The notes under the pieces are model-generated. The model searched no databases. It worked only from the letters and a program-made list of their open reading frames with translations, and had not been told where the DNA came from. DNA of 48,990 nucleotides, the filler included, from Catajapyx aquilonaris (taxonomy: Eukaryota), in the NCBI GenBank assembly GCA_000934665.2. It is 3 parts of 3 records of this genome, joined end to end, with 100 filler letters (N's around TTAATTAATTAA, not from the genome) between each part and the next. Parts side by side here need not be neighbours in the genome. Positions count along the whole stretch, not along the records: positions 1 to 16,311 come from JYFJ02007296.1; 2 more parts are not named here. One strand, 5' to 3'. The position numbers and the translations under genes were made by a program. Shown piece after piece: positions 1 through 15,000 of this stretch (within the stretch, counting starts at the first letter, position 1; each line of letters starts with the position of its first letter).

Positions 1-3000
1 AGTCTTGTAAATTTGTTGGGGAATTCCCCGCAACTGCAGGTACCTGCACAATATGCAGTGAGAAAACTGAAGAAAAGTTGGGGGTGGACTAGGCTTGAGG
101 GTGGGAAGGGGGATAGGGAGGCTCTCTGAGTGTGCATAAATTTTCAATAATCTCGTCTTTTGGCGCAGTTCCTAGGGGCTCAGCTAGGCAGAGTGGGCCG
201 CCACCCCTCGGCCGTTTCCTAGGAGATGGCGGGCACCCCCACCACCCACCCAACCTTTTTTTTTCTTCTTCTTCCTACCCCCCCCTTCAGTCTCCCTCCC
301 CGCCTCCCTCCCAAGCCAAAGTTCCCATCGTAATTTGATTCGATCTGAGTAGGCAAAGACAGGAAACGTCGGAGGCGAGAACTTGAATTTTTATCGAACG
401 GCAGGCAGGCAGGATTCTTGGAATGGTCCCTCCCTCATCTTGCTTCTTCTTCTTCTTCGTCTCCCCCCCCCCTCCTTCTTCTTCTTCTTTTTTTTATTCT
501 ACCCCCCTCCAACAACTGCCACCTTTTTTTGACTGCCGTTGGAGGCGACAGAATGGGCAAGAGCCTCCGCTGTAAAAATAATGGCAGAGTGATAACCGAC
601 GTTGCATGTGATTGAGGGGAAAAATTCTAAAAGCTTTTTGGGTGAATTCAGGTTGGGGATTGGATGGGTGGGATGGGGGGGAAAAAGTCTGGGGTATGGG
701 GAGGGGGGGGGGAGATGAAGAAGGGAGGGTGTCGATCGGGGGAACATCGGACCATCTCTCAGCATCTCTCACCACCGACTTTGCTCGAAATTCTACGCAT
801 ATAAATTCGGACAAAATATTTTTTATAGGGGGGGGGGGGCGGCGGGGGAGGTTGTTACAAGCAATGATTTTTAGTGTGGACTGGCAATATTCTGACAACA
901 CCGGGACTATTCGTGGATTAGGTCCTGTGAAGTAAATAGCCACCACAAATGATTGTCAACAAACTAAGGGCAATCTGTATCAACTCGAGTGAATGAGAAT
1001 ATTAGCCCTACACACATATTCGGATTAGTGTGAATAGTGGAAAAAATTTCATGTGTTCAGACAGCCTGATGAGCTAAAAAGTGAATAGTCAGTCAACTTG
1101 TTACCACTTGATTGGTTGCGAAATTAGCCATCATTATGACTTGTGGCTTCGAAATACTGAGGCGTAAAAACTGTACTGAAATTATTTGGCGCCTGACTTT
1201 CTCCAGATAAGACAATCACGGTTGGTGTTTTTTGTTTCTTTCTTTATTCCACACCTGAGATACAGGCGGTTATTAGCTCGTCACACACTCGCATAGGCTT
1301 CACCTCCTGATTATCCTACAGGGTGTACGCGAACCCCCTAATTACATTGCTTTGGCCTCCTCATCAATTGCCTTTCAAAGCCTTCCGAGGTGGTAGACGT
1401 ACTTTATAGTGCGCATAATTTAAACATGAACCGCCTTAAGGAAATCTTAACACCTCAGTGGTTTTCCATTCTCACTTGTTTTTCGTTTTAACAAAAAGAG
1501 CTGGCCATATTTGGGAGAATGTCCAGCAGGGTAACGCATGCTCAGCACCTTCCGGAAGAAAGCAGCCATTAAAGCCAAGGTCCAATTACTTTGACAACTT
1601 GCAGCTTTCCTGACTTCTCCATCCACAAATCGAATGGAGAAAGAGTCATGCAGATAGATAAGGAAGGATTCCGGAAGAGCCCCTTGCTTCTTGGGGAGGG
1701 TTGGCGGAGGGAGAAAGACGACGAGGACCGACGAGGAATGAGGCGGCGTCGGAGAAGAACTAGAAGAAGAATAAGAAGAAGAAAAAAAAAACGAAAAAGG
1801 GGGGGGGGGNTCGATCTGCTAGAGCTCCCATTTTTAGAAGTGGTGCTGGTGAAGCCTTGATGATGAAAGCCCGAGCCATTTCCATACTAACCGGGCGGGC
1901 GGGGTAAAAATTTTGGTGGGGCGGCCCCCTGTTTATTCCCCCGCAGGTCAGTTTTGGCTGAGGTGAGCCTCCATCCCCTGACTTCATCCATCAGACAAGA
2001 GCTGGCCAGCCCCGATACATCTTCTCTGATCCATATTTAAGTTCCTTCCAACCTAATCATCAACCGTCAGTTCCATGTAAAATCAATAGACAACTGAGCC
2101 GGGAGAAGGAAATGTGCTGGTTCGTATACCTATAGTAAAATGGTGGCCATCAGGGTCATTGCCATGATATTTGGCACGTGCATGGCTGCACTTTTGTGCC
2201 ATGTAATACCCTGAAGTATGATGCTGAGAGGGTAGAAAAAACTTGTCTGAAGAATTCGGGTCGCAAGCATCAAGTGTGTTTCTGCGGAATTTGCACACCG
2301 AATCGAATGGGTGACCTCCCACCCGCCTTGTTAAGTGTTTCGTGAGCAAAGCCAACACCTCGGGCCGTTTCGATATGGTAAGCAGACCCAGCGCCTGGGC
2401 TGACGGATTATAAATTAGATTTATTACTCCGGCAACTCTTACTCGACATATAACGACCATTATCTAGAATTGAAGCCGGCTAATGGTTTGGGCGGCATGT
2501 TTTGCCTGCAGGTGAGAAAATGAAAGCCAACCACCCACCCCCTCTTGTTTTCTCTTATATATAGGATAGTGCGCGTGTGTGTATGGGGTGTTTGTGCGTG
2601 TGTCGCAGAGATGGCTAAGGAACATGTTAATTTGATGGCAGGAGTTCCCTGAGTGGCTCATTATCCCTAGTTAAGGGGGAAAAATTGGTCTCAATTTGAG
2701 GAATTAGCTGATGAGCTGCACAAATGTCATTAGGACATGTGTGTTTGGGTCGTAACGCTTTATGCCCTACTTCCTTGCCTTGGCACGGCTCCTACGAGAG
2801 TTTGTCAGGTAACGTGGGGTTTATAGGGTAGGGAGATAGGGCCACTATATTTTCAACAATTGTCACATAGTGGCTCGTTCTCGAGGGTGTCAGCTGCTAC
2901 TAGTTGCAAAAATGGGAAATAAATATTTCAGCAATTAAATGATTTTCATATTTTCATATATTTTTATAAATAAGATTTGACCCCCAAAAAAGCTGAAAAA

Positions 3001-6000
3001 ATGGGCAACTACACCTAACATTTCTGGGTAATTTTGGAGACCTCCCCTCATTGCTCTACCTTAAGGGATTACCATCAGATAAGTCGTAATGAGGGAGTGA
3101 CATGTCGTTATCAAATGAGAGCTCACATTAGCGAAATAACAATCTGGAGCCCTCTTAGTGATAATGGTGGCACGTGGTGTGTTTGTGAGCTGTCAGTCTG
3201 CCCAATAGCAGGTCCCCTCCCCAGCAAGTTGGCATTGCTGAGATTAGCGAGAGTGAGCAGCTCTAGAACGGATAGCGATCTTTTGGTCTGGGTCCATTTT
3301 GGTTTGGGGACCTCCTGACTAATTAGCGCTGCTTCTCGTTTGGGGCCATTTGGATGCAAGGAAGGGGATTGGACCACACCCTCCGTCGCCTCCATAAGTT
3401 TGCTGTCAGCAACCTACGCTTTTCGACTATTGAAAGGCCATCGCCTTCAAGGCCTTCTCTCTCACCCCCTGTGCTAAACAACTCTCTCTCTCTCCCTTGC
3501 TGCCTCTACCATCCTGTCACCTTCTCCTATAAATGTTTGCTTCATTTGCCTCTCAAAGAATCCTGTTCAACCATCAGCCCTTCCAACCGATCTGAACCCA
3601 TTTGCTGACATTAATTGAAAGGTCTTTTGCAAAGGGGGCTTACTTGTAAGGTAAAAGGGAATGTCATTGGAGAGTGAAACCTATTAGAGACGTATCAGGA
3701 GACTTTTGCCAGAGTAGGTGTTGGGCTGAATGCGATCTGTCGATATGGATCACGACCTTACTGGGGATATGTAAATTATTGATTAGCGTCATATTGTGTC
3801 TTAATGACATGTTTATTCGCTCGACCTGCAATCTAATGGGTACATTAGGCTGCTGCATATTTTTCAATAGGCAGTTTTTTTGTGGGTTATATTCAGGGAC
3901 ATTTTTTTGTTGTTAATTTTATCGGAGTATACTGTAGAGTGAGTGATATTAGCGAGTGGATTCGTTTTACCTCGCAAGTACAAGTGAGATGACAGTTTCA
4001 TATTTTGTATAACTTGCAATCAAAATTATGCATTCATTTAGTATAGAGTGCACTTTCATATGCCTGAAAAAAACTAGCGCACATATATTTAAGTATTGCA
4101 AAAGAGACGTCAAAGGTGGAGCTTTACAGAGAGCTTCTCGTACTGTTTCTTATGAGGAGTAACCTACCCCCTTGGGAGGAACATTTGTATCATACCGTCA
4201 TCGTCAGAGTCAAAATGTCACTTTAATGCATCTACTATATGATAAGGTTTTTTTTGCACATAGGCTATTGAGCCTTTCCCTATCTGTAGAAATTCCACGT
4301 ATGCATTACTGTAGGTAACATAGTAGGCGCGTGCCTTACATTGTGCAAAATACTTACGATGTTATTGAATTTCTCTTAAAGGCTTTTTGTCTGCAGCAGA
4401 CCTTGCTCGATTACTGTACCACTACTCAAGAGTAAAATGCAATTGACAGTTTCTGGTGTACTGTACAGTATGTATCATCTCCTTACTACCCTGGATCTTA
4501 CAGTATACTCCCAATGTGCAACAGTGTTTTACCCTTTACAATTTTTCATTGTCACAATTTTTCACGCTCGATTCATTTTAGATGCCAGTTAGCCATGATA
4601 CACAGCCGATCGTCCATAATAGTATTCAGGGAAATAATTGATGCAGTCCCCCTCAGCCATCAAATGTTTCTTCGATTCACGGATAAAATGTAGGTACAAC
4701 GTATAGATAATAAATTGGAGGGTTGTCTTGGGTGGAGCAAAGATGATGTTGGATGTAGAGTGTGATAGGAAGAAGGCGCCCATAAGGAGTTAACAAGGAG
4801 AAGGAAGGGGAGTGCTGGAAGGGAGGGAGGGGGTGGGGGCGTAAAAGGCGCAGGTCGACTTGTGGATTCCTTCAAAGGCCAATTAGGCGACTGAAAAGCT
4901 CTTGTGTTGTCCTGTATTACTTCTAATGAACTGCAGCAGGTACGGGTTTGGCCCAGGATCAATAACAAGCATGTACTCACTAATGAAGGTCACCCTACAC
5001 CTGGTGGAGGAGGCCCATTAGTCTGTTTGCCAGCATAAAATAACTTCAATGATTAATGCACTCTGCCAAGATATTCGTGATAGGCAGGGCCTGCCGCCTT
5101 GGCGGGGTTGACATTTCGGGAGGCAGTCATCACGAAAGGACGGAGGGTGGGTGGGTGGGTGGGACACTTCTCCCCTTACCAGGTTCGAATCTTCTTGATG
5201 CCTATCCGTCCCAAGGCCTGCTTCTGATGGGAGGCAATATCTGGGCCTGCAAGCTCCCCCCAAAAAGTGAGCCTACCTTGTGTTATTAACGACCTGCCAG
5301 CATCATATTTATGGGAAATATTTGCCACGCAAATGTATTGCACTATAAATTACATGCGAGAGTTAATTTATTATCATTAGGGGATGTGTGAAGCCGCGGT
5401 TCGGTTTAGTTTATGTGACTTATCAGTGTTTTATTGTCAAGTTTTTGGCTTGGTGGTGGCCAGCAAGTGTGAGTACACTTTCTTCTTTTTTTTGTACAGA
5501 GGCAGTTCCGCTGATTGGCCGAGTTAAAAGAATTAATAAGCTATTCTCATTTACATGCAGCGGTTGCTTCCAAAAATAGCTCCGTGTCAATAACTGGATA
5601 ACCTTCCTTCTCAAACGAGCTTGATGGAATCATTTAAGGATCATAAAAGTGATCTAATTAGCGCGGAGATTAATAAGGCTTAATTTGCATAGGACGTCTG
5701 AAGCAGCGTTGTATACGTACGGTGGGTCGGTTGGAGGTATCACCTTCCATCCATGACATGCAGGCAGCGGCAGTAGCAGCAATTGAGATTAATGGTAGTT
5801 GTGGGTGGGTAGGGCGGGAGGAAGGGAGGGGAGGGGAGGGAGAAAAGGACCATGGTTGCTGCAACAAGTGCCGGCTGAGGTTGCGCACTAAAGTGCCTCT
5901 AGAGCCGATGATGTTCAGGCGAATATGTTACTACCTGGAAATCATTCGTCACAATTATAGTAATTTTGCCCGAAACATATTTTTTTTGGCAGATAGTATG

Positions 6001-9000
6001 TAGAGATATCTGGAACTAAATACATTTGGAGGTCCCTTTTGTGCACCGTACCTGTCGCTGCACGTGTTCGGACCTGTCTGAGTTACGATGATGGCTGGAA
6101 TTTGTCGAGGGGGGGAAAAGACCCCCAGGAGTGCTTGGAAAATGACGAAAGTCGAGCCCGCCCAATGATACTCATCCCAGTGCCCTCTCTGATAAAGGTC
6201 CAGTCCATTCACCCCCCAACCCCACACACAACCCAGCAAGCTCCCAGCCCTCTTTTCTGGCCTTCCCACACGGCATTCTTCACTGGCCTCCTCTCTCCGG
6301 GAATTCATCCCATCCCTCCTTCTTTTTCTGCTGCAAACATTTTATCTACAACCTGTATCTATGCTGGACGCAGTTTCCTTCTCAACGTCAGACACTATCG
6401 GAATGAAAGGTTGGGACAAGAAGGTTTGGAAATGACCTCACCTGTATATAGCCATATAGTAATGTATGATATTCATCCAGAAGGTTATGATGCTTTGTAA
6501 ACTGATGCCTGTGAAATATCACGGGGAAAAGCAAACATAATACGTGACATTTGGGATGTCGTATTACTGGTGCTGGAGTTGAGCAAACCGACAATGTGGA
6601 TTACGTTTCAAAGAATTATTTACCATATCCAGTTACGATTTGCGTGGGAAATATTGGAAAACCTGGGATGGCAGAGAGTTGTGTTACACAAGCATATTCT
6701 TTCCGTTAGGTAAATTTGTCGTTATATACCTACAGGACGTGACAATGTGTTGCTTTCTGACTACGGAGATGTGGAAAACCGCTCCAATTTAACCAGAACT
6801 CACGACTCGAAACGGTGCAATTAAATTTCTCCTTGCAACTATTGCAATAATTGAGCAACAATTTTTGCATCACCATGAACTTTGGCAAACTGCGGCAGGA
6901 ATATTCCTTGGAGGGGGCCATTACCCACGGATTGTCTCTTTCGCTGCGGTTTGTCAACCTTCGTCAAGCAAACCACATAATGCGCTCGACTGTTCTCATT
7001 TCACCGGGTGTCAAGGAAATTGTTGTTTGTCACATTGAGATTTGGAATAACGATAATTCTGCTGCAAAATCAATCGAGTGGTGGTTATGCACATTTTAGA
7101 GTAGACGTCGATTGTGGCCAATGACGATTTCACCTGTGAAACACCGCTTTTCCAACCAAGTTAAGCCTGCTGATTTCGCCCATAATCGGATTTTGTACCA
7201 CAGTTCCCCCCCTTTAATTAAGGCAAAGGTATGTTGGCAAGACCAGCACGTCCTGTCTGCTGGCTAGCAACTGAAGCCTTTCTGTGCAGCTGTGATTGCT
7301 GACAATTATAGGCAGCTACGTGATGGTCTGGCGTGGGATGCTTGTATCATGGAAGGCTATTTTCCACAGATAATGAGAAGCTAGGAGACGCCGCAGTCTC
7401 AGCCTCTTCTCTCATCCAGCCAGAATTGTCACCTTTTTTTCCCACAGATCTTCAACATCATTTTTTGGGGGGAGGTCCCTCAACTATTATACACACTGAT
7501 GGAAATGAACCCTGTGCAGACTCGGTGCGGAAAAATTATGACGAAAATTCGTCAGCGCGGTTTTTTTTTTGCATTATGGCGTGGTATAATTATTTTTAAA
7601 ATAGGATTGTGCAACGGTGCTAGCCAGAGATGATTGGAGTTTTTGCTGTGGACTTCCCGCAGGTGCTTGTGAGGACTTTTGGCTACCGTTTTGCTACGTG
7701 ACCACCTTCGCTCGTGTCAAAGGAATCTACCTGTTCTAATTTTTTGTACCTTACCCACCCCTCCTCTTGTCGGCCTCCTTCTACCCTTCCCAACACTCAC
7801 TCGTTTGGCAACTTGTTTAATCAGTTGATGGACCTCACAGAGGCTAGGGCATCGTCTTTTTTTTTGGGGGGGGGAGGCTGTATATTTTGGCCTGTGTAGA
7901 TTGATTTCTCTTCCCGTCATTGATTGTTGGATCCTGTGATGCTCATCAAGCCCTGCCATTAATTAGGCTTAATTCAGCGAAATTAATGGAACGTATTAAT
8001 CAGTCATTAGCTCTCAGCCTCGCCCAGATGAGCAGCTAACTCTGACCTTCTCTCGTCTACATCCCTGTTTATACTCCAATCCTAGTTTCATGAATAGAAA
8101 TATATATAAAAAATCTGTTTAAAAATGTTGGTAAAAAAAGTGTGGCGGATGAGTCACATTGTACACCTGCGGTTTCGTTTCAAGACGAAGCCTTTTGTGT
8201 CAGGTAAGCAAAGGAAGCCGCAAGTCCAAGGTGGGATTGGAACTTTCTTGGAGTGGATTTGAGGGGGGAAGGTGGTAGTGGGGGGGATAAAAATGATTTT
8301 TCTGATTGTGAATTGCTAGGAATGAAGGTCAGATTCTGATCGAAGTTGTACAGTATAAAGGAGGAATTACGGTATCTTATACGTTTATAATAAAGAAGAA
8401 TGAGCTACTTTTAGCCTGTTGCGATTGGAGATGATCAAGGAAGGATTCAATTGAGGAAGTTCATAAGTCCATTTCCGTGACTTTTTAGGAGTGTACATGC
8501 AGTATAAGTAGTGTAAAAATAGGTTGTTTTCCCATGCAATGAGAAATGTACAGAGTTGCCATCCCCAGGCGACAGTTTTGCCAAATATTGAATGAAAAAT
8601 GCGGTATAATATTTAGAAGCTTCAGTTAATAATATTATCAAATAAGGAGGAAAGAAGTACGAATAGTTACATAGCCCCATGATACATTTGTCAAAAACTT
8701 TTTGTGGCATACCGTACCTCACCTCATTGATTTCACATGTCTGCATATCATGCCGCATGAAGGCTACAGAGCGACATTTAAAAAGTGAGAGTGTGGAACA
8801 AATCGCGAAAATGTCGTCCGATTGCGAAATATAACGATTGTGCAAATGATCGGGCGGGAAATGCAAAGCGTTTGTCTAGAGAAAGCGGAATAGGTATAAA
8901 TTGAAGATGCCGTGTCTCTCGAAGGGGGTGGTTGTTTCCAAAACAAAAGGTTGGGAAAGAAGCCTCCGTCTGGAAACAAAGAGGGTTAGAACTTCCTGAT

Positions 9001-12000
9001 TGAGCAGCGCTGAAGTGCGACTTCCCTCTTTGTCTCCTCCCCGGTGCGCTATTAAGGTCTCTGTGAGTCAGCCTGATAGGAAAATGAGGATATTTGAGAA
9101 TTGGTAGAGCTCTTGTCCTGGAATTAGGGGGTAATTAGGCGGCGTTAATTGGCTTGGAAGGGCGGAAAAAGGTGCGCGGAATGAAAGGGTTGCCAGGGCG
9201 GGTTGAGAGGAGGAAATGATTGGGCTGCCAGCCAGCCAGGATTTGTGGTTTGCCCAAGACAGTCAGTCAAGGCGGTGGTGGGGCCCTTTTGTCGAAGATG
9301 CTGCCTCCTTGCCTCCTTTGTCCTCTTCTCTTCCATAAACGTTGTGGGCCGAGAAGCACTTGCGGACAAAAGACGCTTAAAACACTTTTTCCAGGTGACA
9401 GCCGAATGGTTTTTATCCCTCTTGCATCTGCTTTGCCTCCAGATATAAGGACCCATTAACATCTTGGGGGCTTACAGGCCCATTCGATCACCTTGTTTTC
9501 TGTCAGGCTATGGTTGATGATCTTTGCGATGGAATAGTACACATTGCACCGATGGGAAGGGTCGAAGAAAGAAAAAGGGATCTGATGGAGATTGTGTGGG
9601 GTCGTGCCTCCTATTAGAAAAGTGTTTGTTCGGAATGGAAGCCCAGCAAGTGATTGGCGAACTGATTCTTCCTTCTCAGGGGAATTGTCCCATCTAGAAG
9701 CAACATCCTGCTCCAAAAGTCAGCTCGTTTCAGAGGCCCACCAAGGTTTGGCCTCATTATCCGGCCCCTATAATAGCCCTCTGTTTAATTGAACTTGACT
9801 ATTCCTTCGGTTAATGGAAACCAAACCTTCCCCCTAGCATGCAGTGGGAAGGAATAACAAAGAGAGGATCCTTGCCAGCAAGCCAGGAACATTTTCTTTT
9901 CTTGCTGATGGACAAATTATGCCGCCTAAAAGAAGTTTGCATTGAATTTAAATTGCTCGTGCATAAGAATATTGTGAAAATTAATTCAGTCTTAATTGAA
10001 ACTTATGGAATTATTGGCGTCAAAATTTAAGCAGCTATATCCATTAATGCATTTTTTTTGTTCTACTAAATGTAGAAACATTAATTTTGTTTTACGTAGC
10101 AAACGCGAGAGGCACAGTGTAAAAGGGGTGGACAGCGAAGCAGCGAGAAAATAAAGCTGACATATTTAGATCGACATAATTATGTTAAGCAACCGTCGCG
10201 TCGGTTTAGTTGAACCATACCAAGGTTGATACTCTTGGGAAGAGTCTTGCATGATGATTTTGGTTGCCTTCAATCCCCTTCAGCCCCTGCTTTTCTTCTT
10301 GATGATACGATGGTGCCTCCTTTGTCAATTAATCTCTTTTATTAACCAGTGTTTTTTTCTGGACTTGGTAGCTAGAAATGTGGGAGGGAACGGGATGACA
10401 ATTATGACTGGACAACAATTGGTTGGTACAAAAGGAAGAAGCAGAAAGGAGTTATATAAGTTTATTTTTGGAAAGGAAGCAAAGGTCAGTTGCTTATTAT
10501 TTCCAATCGCTGGTGTATTACAGTGTAGGGTGGGTCAGCATGCCAGATCAATCTTTCCAGTGTTGGCTCAAAGCAAGATGCATGGGTTGGAGAAATGTTG
10601 AAAGCCAACTGTAATGGACATTTTGAATTTTTTAAAGTAATGTCTCATGCTAAGAGAAAGATTTGATAAAAAAATGGCATGTGAAGACCGTTTCAAATTT
10701 TGTGTGAAGGAAGACTAACACCAGTCTTTTACAATGTAAATGCTCGAATAAGTACAGTTACATGAACATGACATTCTTGCACATCTGCCCATCTAATGAT
10801 GGCACGGGACAGGTTTTGCTGAATGTCTCCTACCAGCAGGTGTACCATACAGTACCCCTCCCTAAAAATTATGCTCATTCATACATAGCATCCTAGTCAT
10901 CAAGCAAGCGCCGACAGTTAATATCACCAGCCAAATTCTAGGAAAATATCACATTGCAAAACTACCAAGAAAAAGAAACGGAAGCGACCGTGATTCCTAG
11001 TAAAAATGAGTGATGCCTATCCAGCACAGCAGGCGACAACATGCTTACAGTATGAAAATATGCCTCTTCACCCCCTTCTAATTATAGTTGGTACAGAAAC
11101 AAGCGCAAAAATGAGCTAGTGGTCGGTCAAGTACGGCAGATCGGTTTGGAAAAAGTCCCAGTTGGCAAGACCCGAATTACACTATCTCCATTGCCTCAGC
11201 TATACATTTTTTGAAGGAAATTTTTTTTGTAGGATGAAGCCGCGTGAATATTTAGAGCCCGGGCAAAACGTGGTGGCGAGGCCAAGTCCTCCCTAATTAA
11301 TTACCCCGAGTGGGCACAAATATTTCCTAGCCCTCGTTAACATTCCTGCGGCGATTCTGCCTCGGTTGCCAGTCCCCCCCAGCCTCTCCTAGCGCTTCAT
11401 ATCGGCCCCTTTTTGCCACACTTGACTCTCATTAGGCGGCCGGAAAGTCTTGCACCCAGCACAATCAGCCTCAGGGGAATTCCAGTGGTGAAAAAAAAAA
11501 CACACATTTTATAATAAATCCAAAAAAAAACAGGCCGAATTGATTGACAGGTTGCTCAATATAGGCCACGTCATTTTTTGGGGGCTAAATCGATATATGT
11601 TAAAAAGACACACCTGCTGAATTAATCAAGTGTGAATCATCCAAATATGCATATTTAGGTGCGGCAGTCCTTCTTGCGAAATATGGCCTTATTTTTTTGA
11701 GCTCCATTATTTTAAGAAAATGGCTAGGTTGTCAAGTTGGCGTTGATATGACTGGCATTTTCTGGCAGAATGACAGTTTCAACCTTTCCTAGCCAGGTTT
11801 TTGGCCCAAAAATTTGCCACCCCCCCCAAAAAAATTCGGACCATTCCTTCTATTACTTCCCGAAACGTCCACCTGAACTCTCCTTCCCGAAGCTCTGTCG
11901 AACTAGAAAAAAGAACTGAAGAGGTCAGTCAGTAGGAGAGAAAAAATAACAAAAGGTTTTGCTTGTGTGCCGGGAGATGGCAGAGCCAGCCTGAACTCAG

Positions 12001-15000
12001 GGGGCTTGAAAAAAAAAAAAAAAACGGAAAAAAAGGGACCGGGGATAGGGGGAAGGAGGGGGAGAAAAAATGCAATGGGGGGGAAGGCACCAGGAAGGCA
12101 CTAGGCTCAAGAAAGGCATGTGCAGGCAGGCACACTCAGCCTCCGGAGATGGAGTCGTATTGATTTTTAAGGCTAGTTAGCATCGCTGCGGCAGGGGTCT
12201 TAAAAACAGTGGCACCTCGCAATGTCTGAGACTCCACCCACCCCACCCACCACTATCCTCCTCGGTGGCGGACCCCGGCGGTACACCTTCTTGTGCGCAG
12301 GATCCGTCGTCTTCATCATCATCTTTATACCGGTCGCCTCCAACCGCCATGCTGAATGCTGCATATTGGACCAGGGAGGGGATAGGACATTTCTGGATAT
12401 TAAAAAAAATATTGTATATGCATATTGGTTAATTTACACAAAAATAACTAATATGCATTGTGGGAGTATGAATGATCTGCATACTAGTTTTAGCACTGAT
12501 ATCAACTCTGTAAGCACTATCGACTATCATTTTTAATGATGATCCGAAATTAGGTGCATTTAGTGAAATCAATTTTACGATGTTTAAGTTAAAGCGGGGG
12601 ATAGTAAATTTTGAGGGCTACTTTTTGAGGGGTATTACAGAGGTAGAGTGATATTTTTATAGGCCATCATTTTTTTTTTGAGGTGGTGGGTGGGAGGAAG
12701 GTGGGAAAAAATAGGCAGCGTAGACTTGGGAAGCAGTTTGACCTAGACCGGCCTAGAACCGACCCTAAGGTTGGCCTGCAGTTCCAGTGCACGACATTGA
12801 CAAAAGGGGAGTAATATTTTTATTGGTCATCATGTGCGCTGACCCCCTCAATTCTCTCAGATTTTACGGCACATTCGATATTTCCAAAGTGATTTTTTTT
12901 TAGTCCTAGAGTGCTCACTTCCCTGCTTGGTGCGTCTTACCGGCTATTTTCTACGCCTACACATTTTGTCCTCCCCTTTCGGATAAATCTATTTTTGGTG
13001 AGGTAACGCGACAGTATACTGTATGGGAGGAAAAAAACGCTGGGTGACTTATAAGAACACAGAAAGGTCGGTATGTTACAAGAGGCACGTTCGACTGTCA
13101 TTGTGTTGCAATGTTTGTATTTTAAAGCATGATTTTATGTGATGTAATAATTATGAGTAACATGACATGTGCAAAATTTTTGAAATATTGTAAATATTGT
13201 TTGTTTGTCATTTTGCAAAATGTCCACCCATTGCGGTAGGAGCAAAGAAGCGGTGTGTTATTACATGTTTTCAGGGATTCTGGCGTTTTGTTGCGGAGCT
13301 GTGAGACATGCGAGTATTAGCCTATGACTGTGCGAGGCTTGCAAAAAGGGCTTCTTCTTCCTTTGCCATCTGTCTCCGCGGCTTTGTCCTCCTGCTTCTT
13401 CCGGGAAGTGACGTCTCCTGCATGTTATTGCAGCCTCCCCCGTCTCAGATGCTTTGCAACTCAAATTTGCAATTACACCCTGCAACACCATGCGTTCTGT
13501 ATATTCACTTTTGCTTGTCAAAATTTGCTGGTGGTAGGTTTTGTCAGCTCCTAGTTCCATTCATTTTCACTCTCATGTGTTAGTTTCATGCGGAATTATG
13601 AATATTGGTTGTAATTAAATAATTTTTTCATGCGTGGCTGTATGTCATGTTGACATGTACATCCGCATGAAAAACCAACCATGTTGCATGCAAAAATTAA
13701 TATCCTGGAGCCATCTCAAATTTGTGGTAATCATAACGGCAATGCACTGATTACATTCAGTACAATGGCAGCGAACCTGGCCAAAAAATAAGTAAAACAG
13801 TCATTTTCAACTGTGTCGTTGACATCGTCCGTTTTTTTTCATTCTATTGTCTTGGCGTTTTTTATACCATATTTTTCGGATCTGACCTTCCCGCATATGA
13901 CAAATTATTTCAACCAACCACCGTTGAGAACTTTTCAGATTGTCTGACTTTTGAATGCACAGTCACGCGTACGCACTGTAGCCTGAACACCGTACAATAA
14001 CGACAGAAATGTACCGTAAAGAGTCATTTATAGGATGCATCATCCTGTGAAGGAGGAGCTTAAATATATACTGTACGAGGTACATTTCGGTGTATCCACA
14101 ATTCTTTCCTTGAACTATAGGTACTTAGTCAGTGCACTGCCTTGTAAAAGGTGCGAATTAGATCGTGTTTGAAATATTTTTTGCAGATGTTTTGCAAATA
14201 CACATGCTGTTGTATAAGAACAAGTTAATAATTGTTTCCTTGCGTCAACAGCTTGTTATCCTGATATTCACCAGATGTAATGAGAACAGTGCAAGTGTTT
14301 TTTTGTGTGCTAATATGCATAAAAAATGCAGCCTTGCATACGAACAAGGTCAGCTTCTTTTGCAATCATGTTTCAATAAGTCTATAATTTTCAATTGTAT
14401 CTGCAGTTGGTGCTGTTTCTTGAAAGTTTCAAGAAACATCACCAGAGTTCATTGGTTTGTTTGAAATAATTGGACGCTTTCAGCGACATTCAAAATCAGC
14501 AAAAAAAGTGACCACACTTCTTTGCAAATTGTCGGACCAGGAACAGCCGTGTCTTTGGAGGTGGGTACAGCCTCCTGCTGGTTGTACGACACGAGCAGGG
14601 ATTGTTGCCTAAGCAGGGACACTAGAAGGGCAACCGTGACCCGCAATCCAGTCGCCATGAAATCCGCGCACACGAACCTTTTTCAAGTGCGGAAACACCG
14701 ACGCGTGGAAAATCCGCATTTTGGACCCCTGCGTTATTAGGCAGCCCAGAGTGCACTTGCTGGGTCTTTGAACCCCCTCCTCTTTTGCTGACAGATGGTT
14801 CTCAATGCTATTTATTCTCTTTGCACTCCGCATATGTGACGACCACTGCTGTCGACGTATATATAGAGATGGCCCATTTACAAACTCAAATTATCACTCA
14901 TGTTTTTTTATGCGGATTCAAACATCTGCTACGTATGTGTGGTTTTGGAGAATATGTGAGAGAAAATTGACTTAAAATTACTGAACATGGCGAGTTTCTT

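Noticed and set aside
2592..2610. Partial resemblance to miR-210 (TTGTGCGTGTG)
   Set aside because: It is a short match in GT-rich simple sequence with no hairpin partner.
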